A DNA stretch of 25,829 nucleotides from Candidatus Kaiserbacteria bacterium (GTDB lineage Bacteria > Patescibacteriota > Minisyncoccia > Phycocordibacterales > Phycocordibacteraceae), in assembly GCA_023267775.1 (NCBI GenBank), contig JAHFMQ010000001.1:1-25829 (forward strand), given 5' to 3'. Every line of letters begins with the position of its first letter. Position 1 is the first letter of the stretch. The position numbers and the translations under genes were made by a program. Of the stretch, positions 16,445 to 24,214 are shown in pieces. Under the pieces are notes generated by a model, which did not search any database, was not told the origin of the DNA, and worked only from the letters and a program-made list of their open reading frames with translations.

Positions 16445-16804
16445 CTAAGGTCCTTCGCAATTTGTTGCGCGCGTATAACCTGCTTTTTCAGCGGCAGGAG
16501 CGGACACGAACCACACTTTATTTGTATCAGAAATACGCTCCGCGCCAGAACACGTTGGGAAATAGTATTTTGTTCCTGATTTTGACGCCACAACCTGCCC
16601 TTCAGCCGTTGTTGACGCTATTTGGAATACTGAGGGGCCATTATCGATAGTCAAATTATTTGCCTCTCGAGCGTCTAATCCCGCGAGATAGCCAAGTCCG
16701 AAACTTAAGGAAGATGCCAATATGAGGATTGAAATAATAAGCACATCTCGGGGTATTTTGCCTATAAGGCTTTTGCATTTTTCACGGGTTTCTGCTATAG
16801 TCAT
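16445..16804 (-). CDS. Membrane-anchored protein with C-terminal Ada metal-binding-like domain
   Basis: N-terminal TM helix (VLIISILILASSLSFGLGYLAG); C-terminal VASKSGTKYY.P.C...RI..NKVWF.S...AEKAGY..A.NC. Confidence 0.75.
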   Translation of the reverse strand: MTIAETREKCKSLIGKIPRDVLIISILILASSLSFGLGYLAGLDAREANNLTIDNGPSVFQIASTTAEGQVVASKSGTKYYFPTCSGAERISDTNKVWFVSAPAAEKAGYTRATNCEGP

Positions 16805-16821
16805 TAGGTAAAACTATACCA
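16793..16821. promoter_or_regulatory. Overlapping divergent extended -10 promoters
   Basis: TGCTATAGT (+, 16793-16801) faces rpmA; TGGTATAGT (-, 16813-16821) lies 8 nt upstream of ATG 16804. Confidence 0.5.
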
Positions 16822-16823
16822 CT

Positions 16824-17096
16824 ATGGCATCAACCAAGGCTGGGGGTTCAGCGAAAAACCTTAATGATTCGAATCCGAAATATCTCGGAGTAAAGCTCGC
16901 GGACGGCGCGAAAGCTCGCCCGGGCATGGTTATCGTACGCCAGCGCGGCACCAAAATTGAAGCTGGAAAGAATGTCGCCATCGGCCGCGATCACACACTC
17001 TTTTCTCTTGCTACAGGAACTGTTTCCTTCCGTACACGCCGTAAGACAAGCTTCACTGGCCGAAATTTCCTCAAGAAAGTTGCTGACGTCGTTTAA
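16824..17096 (+). CDS. rpmA: 50S ribosomal protein L27
   Basis: [36 protein letters not shown]. Confidence 0.96.
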   Translation: MASTKAGGSAKNLNDSNPKYLGVKLADGAKARPGMVIVRQRGTKIEAGKNVAIGRDHTLFSLATGTVSFRTRRKTSFTGRNFLKKVADVV

Positions 17097-17103
17097 ATTT
17101 AGA

Positions 17104-17135
17104 AAATCCCGTGGCGCGGAAGCGCCACGGGATTT
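17104..17135. terminator. Bidirectional intrinsic terminator between convergent rpmA and rplI
   Basis: Perfect 14-bp stem AAATCCCGTGGCGC / GCGCCACGGGATTT with GGAA loop; T-rich flank on both strands. Confidence 0.85.
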
Positions 17136-17154
17136 CTCTTTATCTGCGAACTGT

Positions 17155-17598
17155 TTATTCAGCCTCGATTGTTATAGAAAATTTTCCGAAGGTGCCGGCG
17201 GCGGCAACAGGGATATCAAATGTGCCGACCTTTTTAATAGGCTTTTCAAGTTTAATCGCGTCTTCAGAGAGATCAATATGCGCCTGTTCTTTCGCAGCTG
17301 CTCGTATTTCGGACTCTCCCACCGCGTCGTACAAATGACCTTTTTCGTTCACTTTTGCTTTAATGACAATTTTTGCCGACTCAAGAGAAGCAATGTTTTG
17401 TGCGAGAAGTGCAGTATCGAGTGCAGCCCGGTCAGTCATCGCCTTAAGGCGTAGTTCAGCCTCTTTCATGGCCGAAGGTGTTGCCGGAACAGCAAGTTTC
17501 TTTGGGATAAGGTAATTGAGTGCATGCCCATCAGATATCTCGACCGTCTCATGCTCGCGGCCAATTCCCTTCACGTCTCTTCGTAAAATGACTTTCAT
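17155..17598 (-). CDS. rplI: 50S ribosomal protein L9
   Basis: MKVIL..DVKGIG...V.ISDG.A.NYLIPKKLA; G.LY.AV; PIKKVG. Confidence 0.95.
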   Translation of the reverse strand: MKVILRRDVKGIGREHETVEISDGHALNYLIPKKLAVPATPSAMKEAELRLKAMTDRAALDTALLAQNIASLESAKIVIKAKVNEKGHLYDAVGESEIRAAAKEQAHIDLSEDAIKLEKPIKKVGTFDIPVAAAGTFGKFSITIEAE

Positions 17599-17617
17599 GT
17601 GTGGGTAGAGTACCTTA

Positions 17618-18859
17618 TCACTTCCCCGTAGTCAAAAATTCGATAGCTCGTACGGTTTGTGGGTCACGTTTCGCAGCGGCATCAGCGGCAGTGTATGGCA
17701 CTACGATATCCGGAGTAATTCCATTACCCATAATCCAGTGCCCAGACGGGGTGACCCAACGTGCCACCGTGATTTTGAGCGATCCACCATCAAGATCAAG
17801 AAGTGTCTGTACGGAACCTTTCCCGAATGATTTCGTACCGACAAGAGTCGTTACATGAGCATCCTGTAACGCACCCGCAAAAATCTCGGAGGCAGACGCC
17901 GATCCACCATCTATAAGCACAGCAATCTTTGTACCTTTTGGCACATCATTGTACCCAAGACTGGTATGCACTTGGTTTGGCTCTTTACCACCAAAATCTT
18001 CAGTCACGATCGTAGCTCCTTTCGGTAGGAAATGGCTCGCCATATCGACAGCGGCATCAAGATACCCACCCGGATTAGAACGGAGGTCTATGATGAGCTT
18101 TTTCGAACCGGACGCCTTAAATCTCTCAAATGCCTGACTGAAGAGACTTGCCGAATTCGAAGTAAATTCATAGAGTGCAATGTTGTATACACCACTCTTT
18201 TCATCAAGAGAATCTTTCGTTTCCGGAACTTGAATAGTGTCCCGAATGACTTTAATTTCAGAAGATTTCCCCGCGCGAATGATCGTAAAGACCACCGGAG
18301 TACCAATCGGGCCACGTATTTTCTTTACTGCTTTTTCTGTTGAGAGTCCGTCAGTAGATTCCCCATCAATGGCGACAATTTGGTCCCCGGCCTTAATGCC
18401 AGCTGCATCAGCGGGAGTGTCCTTAAGCGGTGCAACAACAGTCAAAACTCCATTCTTGACATCAATTTCCATCCCAACACCAGCAAAACTTCCGGAAATA
18501 TTGTCAGCGAAATTTTTAGCTTCCGCAGGCGGGAAGAACACGGTATAGGGATCTCCGTAAGAGTCAGCTAGGCCGCCAATCGCCCCAAACAAGCGCTCTT
18601 TTGCCGTCGGAAGAGTAGAGGAAGAGTGAGTAATGACATAATTAGTTGAAAGCGCATTCCATGCCTTCCAGAAGGACGCCATATCGACACTTGCGTCTGG
18701 GGTCGCGTCAAGTTTGTCACCTATAAAAGGGATGCGGGTTGCGATGGTTGTCACAGAACCATTTGCACCGACCGAAAGCCCGATAAAAAAAGAAACCGCA
18801 GCGACAAGGGCAAAAGAAATGCCGCGTTTCGCGACGCTTGTGCGATGATGTAATTCCAT
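17618..18859 (-). CDS. ctpA: Carboxy-terminal processing protease, S41A family with PDZ domain (ORF-track start 19021 is too early)
   Basis: N-terminal TM, GDPYT, PDZ (GVGMEI, PA..AGI.AGD.I), DLRSNPGG, SASASEIFA, KSFGKGSVQ; TGGTATACT lies 7 nt upstream of ATG 18859. Confidence 0.9.
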   Translation of the reverse strand: MELHHRTSVAKRGISFALVAAVSFFIGLSVGANGSVTTIATRIPFIGDKLDATPDASVDMASFWKAWNALSTNYVITHSSSTLPTAKERLFGAIGGLADSYGDPYTVFFPPAEAKNFADNISGSFAGVGMEIDVKNGVLTVVAPLKDTPADAAGIKAGDQIVAIDGESTDGLSTEKAVKKIRGPIGTPVVFTIIRAGKSSEIKVIRDTIQVPETKDSLDEKSGVYNIALYEFTSNSASLFSQAFERFKASGSKKLIIDLRSNPGGYLDAAVDMASHFLPKGATIVTEDFGGKEPNQVHTSLGYNDVPKGTKIAVLIDGGSASASEIFAGALQDAHVTTLVGTKSFGKGSVQTLLDLDGGSLKITVARWVTPSGHWIMGNGITPDIVVPYTAADAAAKRDPQTVRAIEFLTTGK

Positions 18860-18866
18860 CTCGCGA

Positions 18867-18875
18867 AGTATACCA
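18867..18875 (-). promoter_or_regulatory. Putative extended -10 promoter of ctpA
   Basis: Minus strand TGGTATACT, 7 nt upstream of ATG 18859. Confidence 0.6.
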
Positions 18876-18922
18876 CGCGATATATCGTCGTCGTGAATAA
18901 AAAGTTCGACAGATATGGCATA

Positions 18923-18931
18923 TGTTATTCT
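18923..18931 (+). promoter_or_regulatory. Putative extended -10 promoter of corA-cysS
   Basis: TGTTATTCT, 6 nt upstream of ATG 18938. Confidence 0.5.
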
Positions 18932-18937
18932 ACATAC

Positions 18938-19858
18938 ATGATATTTCGGTACGAGTATCAAGGCGGCGTATGGGTCGATCTTGAACAACCAAGCGAAGAG
19001 GAGATACGGCAGGTTGCACATGAATTTTCGATAGGCGAACGCATCGAAAAAGAATTGATTTCTCCAACCCCTACGGCTCTTGTCGCAAGTGATGCTGGTT
19101 CTGCCTTACTGGTACTCCACTTCCCTGCTCACGGCGCAGAAAATGGTGAGCCCGGAAGCCAGGAGATTGATTTTGTAGTGGGGTCTCATTTTATCCTTAC
19201 GGTTCGGTATGAAATTGTCGCGCCGTTGTACAATTTAAAGAAACTGTTCGAAACTCAAAAAATTGTCGCTCCAAATACTCTTATTACCGCTGATGTTTTG
19301 TTCGAGATCCTATTTGTTCATCTTTATACGTCAGTGCGCGACCACATCAATCATGTCGTCGATCATCTTTCACGAATCGAACGAGATATGTTTGATGGAT
19401 CGGAACGGACGACCGTACGTGCTATTTCAAGCACGAGTCGAGAATTTCTTCATATGGAAGCTGCTCTTGCTAATCAGGAGGAACCGCTGCAACGTTTCCT
19501 GAGTGCGTTAACGCAACATGATTTTTTCAATGCTTCATTTGCTGAACGTATTGAACATATTCTTACCGAACGAACGCAGGTCGCTCGCTTAGTTAATACA
19601 CACCGAGCGGTAGCTTCCGAGCTGCGTGAGACCAACATCGCTCTTCTTGAAGCTCGTCAGAATGAGATCATGAAGACTCTCACGACCATGACCGTGCTTG
19701 TGCTTCCGCTTGAGCTTATAGCTTTTATTTTCGGTATGCACCTACCCGGGACACCGCTTGAAGGCGACCCAAATGCTTTCCTTATAGTAATGGCATTCAT
19801 GCTTGGTGCAGTTGGACTTTTGGTGCTATATTTCGCTCGAAAACGCTGGATTTTCTAA
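18938..19858 (+). CDS. CorA-family divalent cation transporter
   Basis: WVDLEQPS.EE, EIDFVVG..FILTV, NEIMKTLT, FGMH (GMN-like) followed by a second C-terminal TM helix. Confidence 0.88.
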   Translation: MIFRYEYQGGVWVDLEQPSEEEIRQVAHEFSIGERIEKELISPTPTALVASDAGSALLVLHFPAHGAENGEPGSQEIDFVVGSHFILTVRYEIVAPLYNLKKLFETQKIVAPNTLITADVLFEILFVHLYTSVRDHINHVVDHLSRIERDMFDGSERTTVRAISSTSREFLHMEAALANQEEPLQRFLSALTQHDFFNASFAERIEHILTERTQVARLVNTHRAVASELRETNIALLEARQNEIMKTLTTMTVLVLPLELIAFIFGMHLPGTPLEGDPNAFLIVMAFMLGAVGLLVLYFARKRWIF

Positions 19859-19861
19859 GAC

Positions 19862-21322
19862 ATGGAGTGGCTCAAGCGAATTTTTAATAAAAAGAACGGC
19901 ATACCTCCTGCTCGTTTGCCGCAGGTGTTCTTTACGAACACTTTGTCAGCCCATAAAGAGGTTTTTGTGTCGCAAAAGCCTCGACTTGCGCTTATGTATA
20001 CGTGCGGACCGACTGTTTATAGTCGTGTGCACATTGGTAATTTACGTGCCTACGTATTCTCGGACACGATTGCGCGCGTCCTCATTTCCGCTGGGTATCA
20101 TGTCCGGCGAATTGTGAACATAACCGATGTCGGACACATGGTTGGTGGCGGGGATCGTGGTGAGGATAAGATAGCTATGGGAGCAGCACGCGAACGAACC
20201 ACGCCTGAAGCAATTGCCGAGAAATACACGAAATTGTTCCTTGATGATATTCACGATTTAAATATAGATACGGACAATATTAAATTTCCTCGTGCCACCG
20301 AATATCTTAAGGAGCAAATTGCATTAGCTAAAACACTCGAAGAAAAAGGTTTTGCCTATCGTCTTCAGGATGGTCTCTATTTTGATACACAAAAATTTCC
20401 AGACTATGGAAAGCTTGGTGATTTATCGCATGTAAAACTTGAGGCAGGTGCGCGTGTCGAGGTGGTTAAGGGAAAACGCCATGCCGCAGATTTCGTCTTA
20501 TGGCGTGCAGCAAAACCAAATGATCTCCAGCAGTGGGACAGCCCATGGGGCCGAGGCAACCCTGGTTGGCATATCGAGTGCTCCGCAATGGCTCGTTCGC
20601 TCCTAGGGCAGGAAATTGATATTCATACAGGTGGCGAGGATCTGGCTCAGATTCACCATAACAACGAAATAGCTCAATCAGAGGCGGCTTCTGGTCGTAC
20701 ATTCGTTCGTTATTGGATGCACAATGCATTCATCAACATTGAACACGAAAAAATTTCAAAATCAATTGGCAATGTAGTTTATCTATCAGATATTACAGCA
20801 AAAGATCTGCATCCACTTTCCCTACGATATTTTTTCCTCCAGGCACATTACCGTACACCTGTATCTTTTTCGTGGGATGCACTTGAAGGCGCAGCGAGCG
20901 CGTTAGACCGATTGTGGAATCTTTCTCTGCATATTTCAAATGAGTCGAGTCGTACCAGCGCCCCGTCTGAGGCTCGAGATAGGTTTTTGGCGACTATTCG
21001 TGATGATCTTGGGACTCCGCAATCGTTGAGTATTCTTTGGGAGACGCTTAAAAGCGAAGATTATTCCCCTCAAGAGAAGTGGGGATTATTAGAAGACGCT
21101 GACGCGCATTTTGGGCTCTCACTCCTTCACCCTCCCGTCCATACAGCACTTCCTGAAAAGGATATCCCAAAGGAAGTGCAGGTAATGCTCGTAAAGCGGA
21201 CTGAAGCGCGCACGAAGAAGGATTTTGCAGAAGCTGACCGCATTCGTGGGGATATTGAGCGGAGTGGATATCGTGTGGATGACGGACTGGACGGACCAGT
21301 GTTGATTCGTACGACTCTTTGA
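19862..21322 (+). CDS. cysS: Cysteine--tRNA ligase
   Basis: YTCGPTVY..HIGN, NITDVGH, DFVLW, SPWGRGNPGWHIECSAM, DIHTGG.D..HH.NE.AQ, KISKS.GN. Confidence 0.96.
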   Translation: MEWLKRIFNKKNGIPPARLPQVFFTNTLSAHKEVFVSQKPRLALMYTCGPTVYSRVHIGNLRAYVFSDTIARVLISAGYHVRRIVNITDVGHMVGGGDRGEDKIAMGAARERTTPEAIAEKYTKLFLDDIHDLNIDTDNIKFPRATEYLKEQIALAKTLEEKGFAYRLQDGLYFDTQKFPDYGKLGDLSHVKLEAGARVEVVKGKRHAADFVLWRAAKPNDLQQWDSPWGRGNPGWHIECSAMARSLLGQEIDIHTGGEDLAQIHHNNEIAQSEAASGRTFVRYWMHNAFINIEHEKISKSIGNVVYLSDITAKDLHPLSLRYFFLQAHYRTPVSFSWDALEGAASALDRLWNLSLHISNESSRTSAPSEARDRFLATIRDDLGTPQSLSILWETLKSEDYSPQEKWGLLEDADAHFGLSLLHPPVHTALPEKDIPKEVQVMLVKRTEARTKKDFAEADRIRGDIERSGYRVDDGLDGPVLIRTTL

Positions 21323-21328
21323 TACAAT
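21320..21328 (+). promoter_or_regulatory. Putative internal extended -10 promoter of dnaB
   Basis: TGATACAAT overlaps the cysS stop codon, 8 nt upstream of ATG 21337. Confidence 0.55.
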
Positions 21329-21336
21329 CAGCGGCA

Positions 21337-22698
21337 ATGGCTGCCGACCGGGATAGAATCCCTCCCCAATCTCTTGAATCCGAGCGCGCACTGCTCGGAG
21401 CATTATTGCTGAAACCTGATGCAATTCATGACGTTTCTGACCTTATTCATCCGGACTCTTTTTACGCTGAAAAACATCGCCTGATATTCGGAGCGATGCG
21501 CGAACTCGCAGAACGCGGTGAACCAATCGATCAACTTTCCCTTTCTGAACGTCTTCAGAGCCAGGGTTTATTGGAGCGTAGCGGCGGACGTAGTTACCTT
21601 GCCGAACTTGCTGGTTCTGCCCCGACACCCGGAAATTTTTCGCACTATGCTGAACTTGTTTCGCGGAAATTCCTTATGCGCTCGCTCATTGAGGCCGCTT
21701 CAAACATCACCGAATCCGCTTACGATGACGCACGCGAGACGATGCAAGTCCTCGATGAGGCTGAAAAAAGCATCTATGCTATAGGTAACGCATCTGCGGC
21801 TCACAAATTCACGGCGATTGGCGATAAAGTCCACGAAGCATGGGATCGAATTGAGGCTCTTTCCAAGAAGCAAGGCGGCATTCGCGGTGTTCCGTCTGGC
21901 TTCCCTGCGCTCGACAATCTTCTTTCTGGATTTCACCCTTCCGACCTCGTCATTCTCGCTGCCCGTCCTTCGATGGGTAAGACGTCTCTCGCTCTCGATA
22001 TCGCACGAAACGCCGCAGTTCGGCACAATGTGCCCGTCGGCATCTTTTCTCTTGAAATGAGTTCGGAACAGCTCATCGACCGCATGCTCGCTGCGGAGTC
22101 ATTTGTTAATTCTTGGAAACTTCGCACCGGACAGGTTAAAGAGGAGGAGGATTTCAATCGTATCCGGGACGCTCTTGAGACGCTCTCAAAGGCTCCAATT
22201 TTCATCGACGATAAGCCCGGTAACAATATTCTCGCGATGCGTGCGGTCGCACGACGCCTGAAGCGCGAGAGGGGTATCGGACTGATTGTGGTCGACTATC
22301 TCCAGCTTATGGCGCCGACTTCTACAAAAGCTTCTGATTCATTGGTCCAACAGGTCACCGAAATATCTCGTTCGCTTAAATCGCTCGCCCGAGAGCTTGA
22401 AGTTCCCGTCATTGCCCTTTCACAACTTTCTCGCGCCGTCGAACAGCGTGGTGGGAAACCTCGTCTCTCGGACCTACGTGACTCCGGAAGTATTGAGCAG
22501 GATGCTGACGTAGTGATGTTTATTCATCGAGATGATAAGCGCAACCCTGAGAGCGACCGTCCAAATGTGGCTGAGATTCTTATTGAAAAACATAGGAACG
22601 GTCCGACGGGCAAAGCAGAGTTGTATTTCGATGAGAAACGCGCGACATTCCAACCGATCGATACCGCAGGATACGGCGAGCTCGCAGCTGAATTCTAG
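21337..22698 (+). CDS. dnaB: Replicative DNA helicase DnaB (no intein)
   Basis: PPQS.E.E..LLG, Walker A ARPSMGKT, FSLEM, VVDYLQLM, LSQLSR, LSDLRDSGSIEQDAD, KHRNGPTG. Confidence 0.97.
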   Translation: MAADRDRIPPQSLESERALLGALLLKPDAIHDVSDLIHPDSFYAEKHRLIFGAMRELAERGEPIDQLSLSERLQSQGLLERSGGRSYLAELAGSAPTPGNFSHYAELVSRKFLMRSLIEAASNITESAYDDARETMQVLDEAEKSIYAIGNASAAHKFTAIGDKVHEAWDRIEALSKKQGGIRGVPSGFPALDNLLSGFHPSDLVILAARPSMGKTSLALDIARNAAVRHNVPVGIFSLEMSSEQLIDRMLAAESFVNSWKLRTGQVKEEEDFNRIRDALETLSKAPIFIDDKPGNNILAMRAVARRLKRERGIGLIVVDYLQLMAPTSTKASDSLVQQVTEISRSLKSLARELEVPVIALSQLSRAVEQRGGKPRLSDLRDSGSIEQDADVVMFIHRDDKRNPESDRPNVAEILIEKHRNGPTGKAELYFDEKRATFQPIDTAGYGELAAEF

Positions 22699-22704
22699 TA
22701 TTAC

Positions 22705-23247
22705 ATGGCACACGAAATCGAAGCAAAAATACTTAATATCGACGCCGAAGTAGTCGAGCAAAAACTCGTCGCGCTTGGTGCAAAGAAAGTGCGAAATACT
22801 AGATTGACCGTCGATTGGTACCGCCCGAAAGGGATCAAAGAAGGTGATGATCCTTGGTTCTTACGTATCCGTACTGATAGTGAAGGAACACATGAAGTAA
22901 CTTGGAAAGCTAAGTCGAGTGCGCTCGGTATTGCGCGAAAGCACAAAGAGATCAATTTTCTGATTCCTGAACCGGACAAACTCGTTGATTTGTTTGAAGA
23001 ACTCTCTCTTGAACAATACGCTCACCAGGAGAAAGATCGCATCTCGTATTTGTTACGCGACTGGACCTTCGATATCGACACCTACCCAAAGATGCCCGCC
23101 TACATGGAGATTGAAGGCTCAAGTGAAACGCACATTAAGGAAGCAATGAAGCTTCTTGGCGTCTTGCCAAATCAGACTTGGCCTGATGGCGAACGTACAC
23201 TGATTCAACGGGAATACGGACTTGACTGGTACGACATGCGTTTTTAA
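22705..23247 (+). CDS. CYTH-domain protein (class IV adenylate cyclase / triphosphate tunnel metalloenzyme)
   Basis: N-terminal ExExK (EIEAK), LRIR, VTWK, QEK.R, DIDT.P, YMEIEG. Confidence 0.85.
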   Translation: MAHEIEAKILNIDAEVVEQKLVALGAKKVRNTRLTVDWYRPKGIKEGDDPWFLRIRTDSEGTHEVTWKAKSSALGIARKHKEINFLIPEPDKLVDLFEELSLEQYAHQEKDRISYLLRDWTFDIDTYPKMPAYMEIEGSSETHIKEAMKLLGVLPNQTWPDGERTLIQREYGLDWYDMRF

Positions 23248-23249
23248 TT

Positions 23250-23852
23250 ATGGATCACATTGATGAACTCGCCCATGCGCTCAGCCGATTGCCAGGCATA
23301 GGTCCCCGCCAAGGAAAACGCTTTGTCTATTATCTGCTTTCCGCGCCTGCTACCGAGCGTACGAAATTGGCCGAACTTATTGCATCCCTCGGAAAAGATG
23401 TCCGGCAGTGTCCAGAATGTCTCCGTTTCTATAATGGCTCGGCGGCAACTGTGTGCAATTATTGCTCTGACACAAAGCGTGACGAAGGACTTTTGATGCT
23501 TGTTGAAAAAGATCAGGATCTTTCAGCCGTTGAGCGTGCAGGCACCTATCGAGGTCATTATTTTGTTCTCGGGGGCGTACTGACGCTCACCGGTAAAGGC
23601 GCTATTCGCGAAAAGGAATTAGTAAAAATCATAGACAAACGTTTAAAAAATAATTTAAAAGAAGTTGTACTAGCCCTTTCAGCGACAAGTGAGGGGGAGC
23701 ACACCGCTGACCGTGTTCGGGAACTTCTTATGCCTTACCGCGACCATTTAAAAATATCAGTGCTCGGCCGCGGCCTTGCGACCGGCAGCGAGCTTGAATA
23801 CTCCGATGCTGAAACCCTTCGGGCTGCCCTTTCGAACCGTAGAGAAGCCTAA
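23250..23852 (+). CDS. recR: Recombination mediator RecR
   Basis: LPGIG HhH, C4 zinc finger (CPEC..CNYC), Toprim (LVEKDQD, Y.G.YFVLGG, EVVLALS..EGE.TA), GSELEY.D..TL..AL..R. Confidence 0.95.
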   Translation: MDHIDELAHALSRLPGIGPRQGKRFVYYLLSAPATERTKLAELIASLGKDVRQCPECLRFYNGSAATVCNYCSDTKRDEGLLMLVEKDQDLSAVERAGTYRGHYFVLGGVLTLTGKGAIREKELVKIIDKRLKNNLKEVVLALSATSEGEHTADRVRELLMPYRDHLKISVLGRGLATGSELEYSDAETLRAALSNRREA

Positions 23853-23856
23853 AAAG

Positions 23857-23865
23857 TGGTACCAT
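23857..23865 (+). promoter_or_regulatory. Putative extended -10 promoter of the orphan ORF
   Basis: TGGTACCAT, 7 nt upstream of ATG 23873. Confidence 0.5.
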
Positions 23866-23872
23866 AGCCTCC

Positions 23873-24214
23873 ATGGAAGGACTCCCTATGCCGAGCGAAG
23901 AATCTTTTGAGATCAGTCCTCAATTGCAGTTTGCCGTGGGATATTTAGAAAATCTTGGACGAGAAAAACATCCGATAAAACCAGGGGATATCGTCATTAT
24001 TCTAAATGGACCGGATGCGTTTAAACATCTGCGAGTGGTAACACCAAAGATAGACAGCGACACCGAATTGATCCAAGTTCAGCGCAAGGATCAACCAAAT
24101 ACGCCCACGTTCCCTGTGTATCTAAGCGGTGCGTACCACGTTATGGACTTTAATGATGCGTGTGTTTCAGCCTTGAAACACGAAGAGATCTCGCATCGAG
24201 GAACTTTCAACTAG
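23873..24214 (+). CDS. Hypothetical protein with a KOW-like segment
   Basis: Fills the recR-helicase gap and has a candidate promoter; IKPGDIVIILNGPDAFKHLRVV resembles a KOW motif; its stop overlaps the convergent helicase stop (CTAG, 24211-24214). Confidence 0.65.
   Translation: MEGLPMPSEESFEISPQLQFAVGYLENLGREKHPIKPGDIVIILNGPDAFKHLRVVTPKIDSDTELIQVQRKDQPNTPTFPVYLSGAYHVMDFNDACVSALKHEEISHRGTFN

Noticed and set aside
14482-16804. AlkA-like glycosylase near an Ada-like domain protein as an adaptive-response module
   Set aside because: The Ada-like domain is behind a TM anchor, lacks methyltransferase and AraC parts, and is separated from alkA by unrelated genes.
18882-18916. Imperfect inverted repeat ATATCGTCG / CGACAGATAT between divergent ctpA and corA
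   Set aside because: It is short, bulged and single-copy with no regulator nearby, so it cannot be distinguished from chance.
18860-19021. 54-aa N-terminal extension of CtpA in the ORF track
   Set aside because: It overlaps the divergent corA gene. A good extended -10 box and signal/TM segment support ATG 18859.
128-22753. Numerous 60-165 aa ORFs nested within or antisense to the conserved genes
   Set aside because: They overlap confidently assigned genes in other frames and lack motifs or expression signals.
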